Positions 51,533 through 62,002 are shown, counted from the stretch's first letter. The stretch: 64,000 nucleotides of DNA from Desulfobacterales bacterium (GCA_963668645.2 CAXXWC010000003.1:416001-480000), one strand, 5' to 3'. Program-made: numbers and translations. The notes: generated from the letters alone by a model not told the origin.

Positions 51533-53753
51533 CGGGTTCCTCCCGGGGCGCTTGTCCCACCAATTGCCAATACTGGTCCTCATCGATCACGGTGGCACCC
51601 AGATCCCGCGCCTTGCTCAGCTTGGCGGCCCCGACCTTCGCCCCGCAAACCAGATAATCGGTCTGCCGCCCCACCGCGTCCTGGACGATCATTCCCCGGC
51701 TGCGGGCATCGGCCTGCATCTGCTCCCGGCTGCCCCAGGCCATCTTGCCGGTAAACACCACCCGCTTGCCCGAAATCGCAGTGGCCGCGACCGCCTGCTC
51801 TTCCTCAGATGGATAGCGCCATTCCAGCGTCAGGGCGGCAGCGGCCCGCAAGGCGGCGTTCTGGCGCGCCAGGCCATCGGCAACAGCACGCCAGGCCATC
51901 GGTCCACCATCGGCACCGTGCAGCAGATCTTCCAGATCGGCGGTTTGCACTGCTGCGGCAAGATCCGCCAGGGAATAGCGCGCCAGCAGTGCCGATGCAA
52001 CCGCCTGCTGGCGGGCGAGTCGATCCTTTTTACGCCGGGCCTGATCCTCGGACAAAGCGGTGAAGACACCCAGGGCCACAAGGAAGTCCGCCGCCGCCGG
52101 CACGGTCCGTTCCAGGTTGAACCCTCTTTGTAGCATGGCCCGGATCTCACCGGCCCGGATCTTGATCTCATCGGCAATGGCGCTGCTGGTCAGATCGGCG
52201 AATCCGTAAATACGGGCGATCTGTTCGGCCTCGGCGCGCAGGACCAGCTCCAGGGGGATGGCCTGCAACAGCCGCCGGCTGTCACCGGTGCCCAGATGCG
52301 GAAGCCCGAAGGCGGCCAGAAAGCGCCAGTCCGCCATGGACTGGGAACAACTGATCTGCAGGGCCTGGATCAGGTTGGTCGACTGGACGGGTCCGAACCC
52401 TGCGGCTTCACAGTCTTGGATATTCAGATCGTAGATCTTCGCCAATGTGTCGTGGCCGGCGTCCACCAGCCGCTCCACCGTCTTGATGCCGAACCAGTCG
52501 GCATTGCCGATGGTATGGAACCAGTGGCGGATGCGCTGGACGATCTGATCGCGGCATCCCTCGCTGTTGGGGCAGCGGAGAAACGGCCCTTCCCGTTGCA
52601 GCAAGCTCTGGCAGGAGGGGCAGCGGTCCGGCAACTCGACCCGCTCGCTGGGCTCTAACACCTTTTCGATCTTGGGGATGACCTCACCGCTGCGGATGAT
52701 CTCGATTTGGGCGCCCGGGCCGATCCGATCCTGGATCAGTCTTTCGGCATTGTGGGCCGTCACCCTGCGGATGGTGGCACCGGAGAGCGAGACCGGGGTC
52801 ACTTCCATTACCGGCGTGAGGTTGCCGGTGCGTCCGATCTGCCAGGTGATCCCTTCCACGGTGGTCACGGCGGTCTCCCCACGCCGCTTGAAGGCGATTT
52901 GCCAGCGGTAATGATGGGCCGTGGCCCCCAGCGCATCGCGCAGAACCGGATCGGTGGTCTCGATCACCAGGCCGTCGGTGGGATAATCGATCTCGGTCAG
53001 GTCGGCATAGATTTCATCGATGGCGGCCACCAGGTCCTGGCCGCTTCCGGTCCAGCCCGCCAAGTCTGCGTAGGGCACGAAGCGTACCGCTCCGTCTTCA
53101 AGGGCCTGCTGGGCGTCCTCGTTGACCGCGTCGGCCGCAACGATGCCTACCACCGTGTTGCGCGGATGCACGAAAGCGCCGGTCAGGTGCGCCTCAAAAT
53201 ACGAATTGAGCATCACGATTTCGCCCAACCCTCTGCCCCGGCCGCCTTCGGGGATCACGCCTTTTTCCAGGGCCGAGGTGATGTCAAATCCGAAGATTCC
53301 ATCGCCACGCGAAGAGAGGATGGTTCCGTCGTCTCTTCCGGCCAGGCCGTCGAGCTTGGGCGTGACCTTGAAGGTCGGATCCTGGATGCCGAGTTCGGCC
53401 GCCCTCTTTTGCACGCGGGCGACAAACTGCTCAAGATCCTGAACCGAATACGCCTTTTCCGTAGACAGCATCGGTTTTGGATGACGGATCTGGCGTTTGG
53501 CGGGAAAGACCTCCGGTTCAACGGCGGTTAAAAAGGGATGGTCCGGCGCCAGGGCGCGCAAACGTTCCACCAGCGCATCATACTCGCGATCCGTCATCAG
53601 CGGCTCACCGCGCCGGTAAGCCGCATTGCAGGCTTCCAGACGCTCGGCGAGGGCCTCGGCGGAAAGGGCAGTCGTGTCTTGGGCCATGGCCGGTATCATT
53701 CCTCCCCACAGCAACCCAAAAATCAAAGCGAAGATCCGAACCGAAGAGGGCAC
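51525..53753 (-). CDS. NAD-dependent DNA ligase family protein with apparent signal peptide
   Basis: Domain Ia (AYRRGEP..TDREYD), PMLS..K, PKLDG, RGDG, PRN, TDGLV, IAFK, WQIGRTG, IRSGEVIPK, C4 zinc finger, HhH, BRCT (VVFTG..R..TDYLVCG..K..KA..LG). Confidence 0.92.
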   Translation of the reverse strand: MPSSVRIFALIFGLLWGGMIPAMAQDTTALSAEALAERLEACNAAYRRGEPLMTDREYDALVERLRALAPDHPFLTAVEPEVFPAKRQIRHPKPMLSTEKAYSVQDLEQFVARVQKRAAELGIQDPTFKVTPKLDGLAGRDDGTILSSRGDGIFGFDITSALEKGVIPEGGRGRGLGEIVMLNSYFEAHLTGAFVHPRNTVVGIVAADAVNEDAQQALEDGAVRFVPYADLAGWTGSGQDLVAAIDEIYADLTEIDYPTDGLVIETTDPVLRDALGATAHHYRWQIAFKRRGETAVTTVEGITWQIGRTGNLTPVMEVTPVSLSGATIRRVTAHNAERLIQDRIGPGAQIEIIRSGEVIPKIEKVLEPSERVELPDRCPSCQSLLQREGPFLRCPNSEGCRDQIVQRIRHWFHTIGNADWFGIKTVERLVDAGHDTLAKIYDLNIQDCEAAGFGPVQSTNLIQALQISCSQSMADWRFLAAFGLPHLGTGDSRRLLQAIPLELVLRAEAEQIARIYGFADLTSSAIADEIKIRAGEIRAMLQRGFNLERTVPAAADFLVALGVFTALSEDQARRKKDRLARQQAVASALLARYSLADLAAAVQTADLEDLLHGADGGPMAWRAVADGLARQNAALRAAAALTLEWRYPSEEEQAVAATAISGKRVVFTGKMAWGSREQMQADARSRGMIVQDAVGRQTDYLVCGAKVGAAKLSKARDLGATVIDEDQYWQLVGQAPREEPDE

Positions 53754-53825
53754 AATGCAAGACCTCCTGCCCCCGGGCCGGCCTCTCCGGCCGTGCAGCC
53801 TGAGGCGCGGTTGTGATCCACCGGA

Positions 53826-54578
53826 TCAGGAGTCCGCTGGCAAAGAAGGATCTTGCAGCAGGCGGCCGATCCGGCGGCAGAGGCGTTGTCGGGTCTGAAC
53901 AAAACGCGGTGCGCTGAATCCGGGGTGCCAGCTTCCAGAAGCCAAACTGTCGGATACTACCAGGACCACGGCCATCTGGACCTGTAAAAACTCGGCCGCT
54001 GCATAGAGGGCCGATACTTCCATTTCCACGGCCAGTGCCCCTCGGGCAGTAAAATGGGCCACCCGCGACGGCGTTTCGCGAAACACCGCATCGGTGCTCC
54101 AGATTGCCCCGCGGTGCATCGGAATATCCGGGGTGCCCACCGCCGACCCCACAAAATCCTGCCAGGGGCCATGGGGTCTGCCGCTCTGGCCGGGGTTCAA
54201 ACCATAAGCCGGCGAGGTCCCCTCGTCGACAATCGCCTCGGTGGGCAGCAACAGGTCCCCGATATCGAGAGTCTCACTCAAGGCGCCGCACCAGCCGAAG
54301 TAGACGATGCGCCGCGCCCCCCAGGCGACCAGGGTTTCCAGAATCATGACGGCGTAAGGTGCGCCGATGATCGGCCCCGTGGCGCTGGGCCCTGCCGGGA
54401 TACGGGGTGAATGGAAAATCTTGCTGTTTAAAAGTCCACGCTGGGCCAATCCCCCCTGGGGAGCCCATTCCTTGCAAACCCCGGCAAGATCCTGGCCATT
54501 GCTGGCCATCATCGCCAGGGGGCCGAGGGCCGGGCTGTTGCGACGACGCACGGGCCGGACAATGGGAGCTTCGATCAC
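53826..54578 (-). CDS. Nucleoside phosphorylase (PNP/UDP family 1)
   Basis: IGAP, G.CGAL, DEGTS..Y, WSTDAVFRET, AVEME, VVSD; GTG start. Confidence 0.85.
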   Translation of the reverse strand: MIEAPIVRPVRRRNSPALGPLAMMASNGQDLAGVCKEWAPQGGLAQRGLLNSKIFHSPRIPAGPSATGPIIGAPYAVMILETLVAWGARRIVYFGWCGALSETLDIGDLLLPTEAIVDEGTSPAYGLNPGQSGRPHGPWQDFVGSAVGTPDIPMHRGAIWSTDAVFRETPSRVAHFTARGALAVEMEVSALYAAAEFLQVQMAVVLVVSDSLASGSWHPGFSAPRFVQTRQRLCRRIGRLLQDPSLPADS

Positions 54579-54600
54579 GGCAAGCCTTCCCCGTTCTTGT

Positions 54601-54855
54601 TCAGTTCGGTCCGGCCAGGTCGGTCAATTCATCCTTGATTTCATCGATCGTGTCGTAAAGCCACAAGACGTCTTCCACCGTCAGGCGCCCGGCTTTGACC
54701 GGTGCGCGATCCGATCCATCCTTGCGTTTGAGGATGCGCGGGCCAATCTGCAGCTTGGCTTCTCCCCCATCGTACTGATTGATGGAGACGACCAACCCCG
54801 TTTCCTCCGAGTGCCACTGTTTGATGGTTTTGTCTTTGTTGGGATCGTAAGGCAT
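54601..54855 (-). CDS. Small hypothetical protein, possibly PC4/YdbC-like
   Basis: 84 aa, GGAG RBS, fills the gap between glyS and the phosphorylase; beta-strand pattern followed by a C-terminal amphipathic helix. Confidence 0.75.
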   Translation of the reverse strand: MPYDPNKDKTIKQWHSEETGLVVSINQYDGGEAKLQIGPRILKRKDGSDRAPVKAGRLTVEDVLWLYDTIDEIKDELTDLAGPN

Positions 54856-54894
54856 ATCGTCATACTCCGAATTTTGAGATCTCTGGAGACGTTT

Positions 54895-56973
54895 TCAAGC
54901 CGACAGTCTGGAAAAATCGGCGAAACGGTCGAAAAGCGCCGCCACTTTGCGCAGCAGTGCAAGCCGATTGGCCCTTACGCGGGGGTCCTCGTCCATCACC
55001 AGCACCCCCTCGAAGAAGGCATCCACCGGAGCTCTTAAGGAGGCGGTTGCCCGCAGGGCCGCAGCATAATCGCCGCCCTCGAGGTGTTGTTCCACCCCGG
55101 CGGTGACCGCGGCCAGGGTCTCGTGCAGGGCGCTCTCACAAGGTGCGCTGAAACGGCCCGGATCCAGGAGGTTGCCTTCCTCGGGATCGGCCTTGCGGAT
55201 GATGTTGACCACCCGTTTGAACGCGATGGCGATGGGCTCGAAGTCGGCCATGGTCTTGAGCTCTGCCAGGGCCGCGGCCCGCTTCCAGACATCCGGCACC
55301 CGGTCGGCGGAAATCCCCAGCACCGCAGCGACCACCTCGCGGCTGTAGCCTTCTTCGCCGAGCAGATATTCCATCCGCTGCTGCAGGAACCGGCCCACCT
55401 GCGCGGTCACCTCCTCGGCCGGCAGCCGCCGAACCGCTTCGAAGCGCGAGACGGCATCTTGGATTAGCGTCTGGAGGGAAAGAGGCATCTGGCGCCGCAG
55501 CATAATCTGGATCAGTCCGATGGCCTGGCGCCTCAGGGCGTAAGGATCGGCTCCACCGGTGGGGATGAGTCCCACACAGAAGCATCCGCAGATCGTATCC
55601 AGCTTGTCGGCAATCGCCAGTACGGCCCCGGCCTCGGTTTCGGGCAGCGGTGCACCGGCGTGCACCGGCCGGTAATGGTCCTCGACGGCTGCCGCCACTT
55701 CGGGCGCCTCACCGGCGGCCGAGGCGTAGACCCTTCCCATGATCCCCTGCAGATTGGGAAACTCGTAGACCACCTGGCTGACCAGATCGGTCTTGCAGAT
55801 CCGCGCGGCCCGCTGCACGGCTTCCACCTGCCGGCTGTCGCCGCCCAGCGCTGCACGGATGCGGCCCGCCAGGGCCCCGATGCGTTCGGTCTTGGCGTAC
55901 ATCGAGCCCAGCTCGGCCTGAAACAGAACGCCCTTGAGCTTTTCCAGGCGCGTTTCGGCGCTTACGGTCAAATCGCCGTTGTAAAAAAACTGGGCGTCCT
56001 TGAGCCGGGCTCTGAGCACCCTCTGGTGCCCGCTGGCCACAAGCGCCGGATCCTTGACCTGGGTATTGTTGATCGCCACGAAGGCCGGCAGCAGGTTTCC
56101 GCCCTGGTCCACCACGGCGAAGTATTTTTGATGCTCGCGCATCGCCGTGATCAGGATCTGGCGCGGCAAAGAAAGAAAATCCGCATCGAAGGAGCCCGCA
56201 GTGGCCACGGGCCATTCGACCAGGTTGGTGACCGTCTCGAGCAGGTCCGGATCCGGAAGGATACGCCCGCCGGCGGTCCGTGCCGCGGCATCGGCCTCCT
56301 GGCGGACGCGCTCGCGACGGGTGTCTATCTCGGCCACGACCTTGGCCTGAAGCAACCGGTCTGCGTATCGATCCGGATCGGCCAGAACGATCTTCTGGGG
56401 CTGCATGATGAAATGACCGACCGTGCTGCGCCCGCTCTTGACGTTGCCCAGGCGAAAGGGGATCACCCGGTCCCCCAGCAGGGCCACGATACGATGGATG
56501 GGACGGGCAAAGGTGATCTTGAGGGCCGCCCAGCGCATGGTTTTGGGAAAAGGGATGGCCAGGATCACCTCGGGCAGCATCTTCTGGAGCAAGGTCCGGG
56601 TGGCACGGCCGCGTTCCGTCTTGCGGGCCACCAGATAATTTCCTCGCTCGGTCTGGCGCACCGCCAGGGCACCGACTCTGACACCGGCCTTCTCGGCGAA
56701 CTTGTGGGCCGCCAGGGTCGGATGGCCGTCATCGTCATAGGCCACCCGGGCCGGCGGCCCCACCACCTCGGTGGTCACGGCGGCCTGTTTGGGGGCCACC
56801 GCCTCGACCAGGACCGCCAAACGGCGGGGGGTGCCATAGGTGCATGCCGCGCCATGGCCGATGCGCGCCTCGTCCAGACAGGCCAAAAGCCGGTTACTGA
56901 GGGCTGCCAGCGCAGGGGCGATATAACCTGCCGGGATTTCTTCGGTTCCAATCTCGATCAACAAACTGTCCAT
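54895..56973 (-). CDS. glyS: Glycyl-tRNA synthetase beta subunit
   Basis: LLIEIGTEEIP, TPRRLA, PKTMRW, HQKYF, EFPNLQG, DPYALRR, NRLALL. Confidence 0.98.
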   Translation of the reverse strand: MDSLLIEIGTEEIPAGYIAPALAALSNRLLACLDEARIGHGAACTYGTPRRLAVLVEAVAPKQAAVTTEVVGPPARVAYDDDGHPTLAAHKFAEKAGVRVGALAVRQTERGNYLVARKTERGRATRTLLQKMLPEVILAIPFPKTMRWAALKITFARPIHRIVALLGDRVIPFRLGNVKSGRSTVGHFIMQPQKIVLADPDRYADRLLQAKVVAEIDTRRERVRQEADAAARTAGGRILPDPDLLETVTNLVEWPVATAGSFDADFLSLPRQILITAMREHQKYFAVVDQGGNLLPAFVAINNTQVKDPALVASGHQRVLRARLKDAQFFYNGDLTVSAETRLEKLKGVLFQAELGSMYAKTERIGALAGRIRAALGGDSRQVEAVQRAARICKTDLVSQVVYEFPNLQGIMGRVYASAAGEAPEVAAAVEDHYRPVHAGAPLPETEAGAVLAIADKLDTICGCFCVGLIPTGGADPYALRRQAIGLIQIMLRRQMPLSLQTLIQDAVSRFEAVRRLPAEEVTAQVGRFLQQRMEYLLGEEGYSREVVAAVLGISADRVPDVWKRAAALAELKTMADFEPIAIAFKRVVNIIRKADPEEGNLLDPGRFSAPCESALHETLAAVTAGVEQHLEGGDYAAALRATASLRAPVDAFFEGVLVMDEDPRVRANRLALLRKVAALFDRFADFSRLSA

Positions 56974-57054
56974 TCCCACCTCTGATCTTATGCTACGGTC
57001 ATCCGGCGCCAGGGCCGTCGGGTTCTATTTACAGCCGCTGACGTCGAATCGGTA

Positions 57055-57933
<879 letters not shown>

Positions 57934-58085
57934 CTTCGAATACCTCTTTAGCGATGTAGGCGGAACCGGTCCGCGCGCAGTTTACGCTCACCACTCTTGA
58001 TACCGAGTATTGAGACCGTCATACTTCGGTCAGCCATCGTTTGCATTGGGCCAAACGATGGCACCGCTTTGAACCTGAAAAGGGA

Positions 58086-59165
58086 TTAAGGCAAATCAGA
58101 AGAGACCACAGAAACCTGCAATCCCCGAGAATCGACCCCAATCGGCAGCAGAATTCCGCCGGAAACCGTTGCCAGCGTATCTTGCCATTTTTCCCGCAGC
58201 CCTGCAATGGCTGTCTGCTCCCCCAGGGCCCAGATGCACCCCCCACCGCCGGCTCCGGCGAAACGGGCGCCGCAACCGGCGGCGATGGCGGCCTCCACCA
58301 GCAATCGGCCTCCCGAATCGAGGACCTGGGGCGTCATCCGGCGGCGCAAATCGGTCTCGGTGTTCATCGCGGCAACGGCCCCGGGCCAATCCTGGCGGCT
58401 CCAAGCTTCGATGAAATCATGGGTCAGAGCGACAATCCGGCGCCAATCCCGGCGATGGCGGCCCTTGAGAAATCCGCGCACCCACTGCCCGTTCACGTCA
58501 CTGGAGTGATGGGGCCGGCCGGCATAGGCCACCAGCAGGCCGCAGGCCGGATCCCGCTGCGCGTGGGGACGATTGAGCCGCCTGCGGCGAAACGGCGAAC
58601 CCGCCCGTCCATAGTCCCAGTACCAGCCGTTGACACCGCCGTAAGCGGCGGCCAACTGGTCCTGAAGACCGCAGGGCACGCCGGCCACGGCCGCTTCAAT
58701 CCGTTGCGCCAAGAGTGCGCATCCCAGCCGGTCAAGGGGCTTGCCCGCACCGCCAAGGGATACAAGCCTGGAAAAAGCCCCCACCAGGGCCACGGCAGCC
58801 ACCGAACTGCCCCCCAAGGCGCTGCGGGGAGGAGACTGCGAGTCGATTTCGATGGCCACCCCTTCGGCCCTGAAATAGGCGGCGATGGCAAACATCAATC
58901 CCAAGGGATGATCGAAGGGTGCCTCATCGAGAACAAAAGCGGCCGGCTCGAATCCGCGCGAAGCGACCCTCACCCTTCCGGGCCGATAGGCGGTCAATTT
59001 CACCCGGGTACGCAAATCCAACGCGAGGTTGAACGTACAGGGCGCCAGATGGCCCAACGGCATACCGATCGTGGCAATATCCAGTGTGCCGCCAAGATCG
59101 ATCCGGCAAGGCGCCGAGGCCGTGACCGTGTGGGCGGCGAGCAGTCCTGACCAGTCGGTGGTCAT
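58086..59165 (-). CDS. GHMP-family sugar kinase (HddA/galactokinase-like)
   Basis: APCRIDLGGTLD, PPRSALGGSS, GLQDQLAAAYGG, GAGGGG. Confidence 0.88.
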   Translation of the reverse strand: MTTDWSGLLAAHTVTASAPCRIDLGGTLDIATIGMPLGHLAPCTFNLALDLRTRVKLTAYRPGRVRVASRGFEPAAFVLDEAPFDHPLGLMFAIAAYFRAEGVAIEIDSQSPPRSALGGSSVAAVALVGAFSRLVSLGGAGKPLDRLGCALLAQRIEAAVAGVPCGLQDQLAAAYGGVNGWYWDYGRAGSPFRRRRLNRPHAQRDPACGLLVAYAGRPHHSSDVNGQWVRGFLKGRHRRDWRRIVALTHDFIEAWSRQDWPGAVAAMNTETDLRRRMTPQVLDSGGRLLVEAAIAAGCGARFAGAGGGGCIWALGEQTAIAGLREKWQDTLATVSGGILLPIGVDSRGLQVSVVSSDLP

Positions 59166-59965
59166 GGCGGATCTTCCCCGGTTGGCGCAGCGGGAGCCGC
59201 CGCACGCAGTTGCCGCAGAACCTGAAGGCTGCGCGGTTCACGGCCCAAATGAAACGGGACAAAGGTTTCCAACAAAATCTCCCCTTCATTCAGGGCGTTG
59301 GCCGAAAAACGCATCCGCCGGGCTTTGTCCAGATCTCCATCGGCAATCCAAATCAGCTGTTTGATCGTCCCCAGGCTGACCCGGATCCGACCGGTGGCGC
59401 CGCAGCCCGCGCAGACCAGCGCCCCGCGGGCCGGATCAAACCCCATTCCGGCCGGCTTCATCGCACTCAAATCCCGGCCGCAATCGATGCACGTGCCAAG
59501 CTGCGGCCCCAGTCCGGCCAAGTGCATGAAACGCAGCTGGAACAGCAGGGAAAGCGTCCGGGGAGTCAGCCGATCTTTGTCCAGGGCCGAAAGCGACTCG
59601 TAAAAGAGGCGATAGACCTCCGGCTGCGGTTGCCCCTCTTCGCCCCACAGATGAATGAGTTCGGCCCAATAGCTGGCGTATGCGGTCTTGACCACATCGT
59701 GGCGTATCCGGTCAAACGGCTCGTGCAGGCTCGCCTCGGACAGAATCGGCAGGTTCCCCCGCCGGCCGTTGTGACAACAGAGCCCCAAAACGGCGAACAG
59801 GTCCAGCACCCCACCGAACCGGCGCCGGCTTTTTTGGGCCGCCTTGGCCATCAGGGCAAGCTTCCCCTGGGCCGGCGTGATCACCTTGAGGATCAGATCG
59901 CCGTCGCCATAGGCAATGCGCTTGAGGAGAATCGCCGCTGTCGTAAACGCGTTATGGCCGGTCAT
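59162..59965 (-). CDS. recO: DNA repair protein RecO
   Basis: AILLKR..YGDGDLI..T..GK, KSRRRFG, CxxC...CxxC zinc motif. Confidence 0.93.
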   Translation of the reverse strand: MTGHNAFTTAAILLKRIAYGDGDLILKVITPAQGKLALMAKAAQKSRRRFGGVLDLFAVLGLCCHNGRRGNLPILSEASLHEPFDRIRHDVVKTAYASYWAELIHLWGEEGQPQPEVYRLFYESLSALDKDRLTPRTLSLLFQLRFMHLAGLGPQLGTCIDCGRDLSAMKPAGMGFDPARGALVCAGCGATGRIRVSLGTIKQLIWIADGDLDKARRMRFSANALNEGEILLETFVPFHLGREPRSLQVLRQLRAAAPAAPTGEDPP

Positions 59966-60070
59966 GATCTGTCATCCGTGCTGCTGCCGGCACAGTGGCC
60001 AACGCCGGTGTTTCCTGGGGCCCCCGCCGTGCTCCGGTTGCCTGCCGCCATTTGCACCGATCGGTTCACA

Positions 60071-60874
60071 TCACGGCAGTTTGAGCGTCACGACCTGGCC
60101 CCCACGGCCGGGTACGGGCACCCCTTTACCGTTCAAGCTCAGGTGAACACCCGCCGCATTGCCGATGAGCAGGTTAAATCCGTGGCGCGCTTCTACTTGC
60201 ACCCGCTGGTCCACCTTGAGGGGCATTTGCCGGGGCGGCTGATCGTCTATGATCACTTTCACCCAGGTATTTTCGTTAGCCCGGATCTCAAGCCGGTAAG
60301 GCTTATCTGCAGCTGCCGGCGCCGAAGCAGATGGTTGCACCGTGGAAGGATCTTCGGCGGCAGCTGTCGGCTCCCCTCCCTGCAATCGGTCCGCATCGGT
60401 GCGACCGGGTGTATGCGGTGCCCGGCTCGCGGCGGCTTGCTTTCCCGGTTGAGCGGGCACCTGGTTCACGGGTGCCGGCGGGGGGGCGAAGATCACCAGC
60501 GAAACGCCGATAATAAGGGCGAGCCCGGAGAAGGCCGCAACGAGTCGGAGCCAAAACCGCCGGTTGCTCGGGGCCGGCGCTGTCTTGCAAGGGGTGCGGT
60601 CAGCCCCCGGCGTGCGACCGGCCGGCGTGCGGCGAGCCAGATAGGATGTCACGGCGAGATCGCCATCGGCGCCGACTTCTGCGGCATAAGCCCTCAAAAA
60701 GCCTTTGACAAAAACATCAGCCGGCAACTTGGCGGTGTTCTCATCCTCGATGTGGTGCAAGACCTCAAGGCTGACACAGGTCGCCGAGGCCACGGCCTCC
60801 AAAGAGATCCCCTTTTCGAGACGTGCGGCGCGCAGGTATTGGCCAAAACTGGTTTGAATCGGGTCGGTGGACAT
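60071..60874 (-). CDS. rodZ: Cell-shape protein RodZ-like (HTH, TM, DUF4115)
   Basis: FGQYLRAAR..G.SLE.VA, FVKGFLRAYA, one TM helix, WVKV..D, IGNAAGV.L.LNG. Confidence 0.88.
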   Translation of the reverse strand: MSTDPIQTSFGQYLRAARLEKGISLEAVASATCVSLEVLHHIEDENTAKLPADVFVKGFLRAYAAEVGADGDLAVTSYLARRTPAGRTPGADRTPCKTAPAPSNRRFWLRLVAAFSGLALIIGVSLVIFAPPPAPVNQVPAQPGKQAAASRAPHTPGRTDADRLQGGEPTAAAEDPSTVQPSASAPAAADKPYRLEIRANENTWVKVIIDDQPPRQMPLKVDQRVQVEARHGFNLLIGNAAGVHLSLNGKGVPVPGRGGQVVTLKLP

Positions 60875-60885
60875 GTTACGACGAT

Positions 60886-61866
60886 TTATAGGATGGTACG
60901 GATATAGGAGCGCTGGCGCAAGCCATCGAGCCACGAGCGGAATTTGTCATCGACAAACTGCCGGTAAAGCGTGTCTTCGATTTGAGCCTTCACCTCTTCG
61001 AAGCTTTTCCCCCCAGCCCGGACGATCTTGTCAAGGTAAAAAAGCTGAGCCCCCTGCTCGGTATTGAGCCAATCGGTATACTGCCCTTCGGCCAGGGGCT
61101 GGATGGCGGTTCGAATTTGAGGAGAGAGCCGATCCAGGGGAAACTGTCCCAGGTCGCCGCCATTGGCGGCCTGGGCGGCCTGGCTGTAACGCTTGGCGAC
61201 GTCTGCAAACGGCGTCCCTCCGGCCAGGGCATCCAGAATTTGCGCCTGCCGGGCGGCCAGATCCTGGGTGTCGGAAGACAGCAGGATGTTGCGCAGATGA
61301 TAGCGCCGCTGATCGCCGAACTCTGCCGGATGGCTTTCATAGTAATCCTTGGCATCTTCAGCCGTAATCACGGTGCGAGCCTTTATCTCGCGATTGACCA
61401 GCTTGGATCGCAGGATCTGCTGGCGGACGTTCTCCCGATATTCAGCCAGGGTGGATCCCTGGCTGGCCATCGCTTCGCGCAGCATCTCGTCGGTGAAAAA
61501 ATTGGCCTGCTTGACCCTCTCGATGGCGTTATCGACCTCGGCCGGTTCGACGGTCAGCCCCAATCGCCGCACCTCCTGGTCGGTGAGCATCCGATCGATG
61601 AGCTGGGAGAGGATCTCCTGGCGAATTTTGAATTTTAGTTCGTGTTCTTTTTCCGGTGCATAACCGGAATTTGCGAGGCGTTCAACGTAAGGCTTGATGG
61701 CAACTTCCAATTCGCTGAGTAGAATCACATCGTCGTTGACGACGGCCACCACCCGATCCACCAGTTCAACGGCGCCGGCCGGAGAGGCCAGTACCACCAG
61801 CAGCGCCATTGCCATCCGTCTGACCAGGGAGCGCGGCAAACAGCCAAATTTTTTAAAAATCGCCAT
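60886..61866 (-). CDS. surA: SurA-family periplasmic chaperone/PPIase
   Basis: Signal peptide, VDRVVAVVNDDVILLSEL, F..VAKRYS, NGGDLG; start uncertain. Confidence 0.88.
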   Translation of the reverse strand: MAIFKKFGCLPRSLVRRMAMALLVVLASPAGAVELVDRVVAVVNDDVILLSELEVAIKPYVERLANSGYAPEKEHELKFKIRQEILSQLIDRMLTDQEVRRLGLTVEPAEVDNAIERVKQANFFTDEMLREAMASQGSTLAEYRENVRQQILRSKLVNREIKARTVITAEDAKDYYESHPAEFGDQRRYHLRNILLSSDTQDLAARQAQILDALAGGTPFADVAKRYSQAAQAANGGDLGQFPLDRLSPQIRTAIQPLAEGQYTDWLNTEQGAQLFYLDKIVRAGGKSFEEVKAQIEDTLYRQFVDDKFRSWLDGLRQRSYIRTIL

Positions 61867-62002
61867 CAGACCACCTGTTCGATCCGCGACGGGGTGGACC
61901 AAGACCACTTTAGCATTTAATGTTCATCGGTCAGGCCCCGCCATCGATCGTGCCCCATAAAGGGCGGTTTAAAAGTCCGGTTTCACACAACACACTGAAA
62001 TT

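Noticed and set aside
57934..58085. T-box riboswitch before glyQ (minus strand has AAGAGUGGUGAGCG)
   Set aside because: It does not match UGGNACC, no specifier stem or terminator is apparent, and the gap is short.
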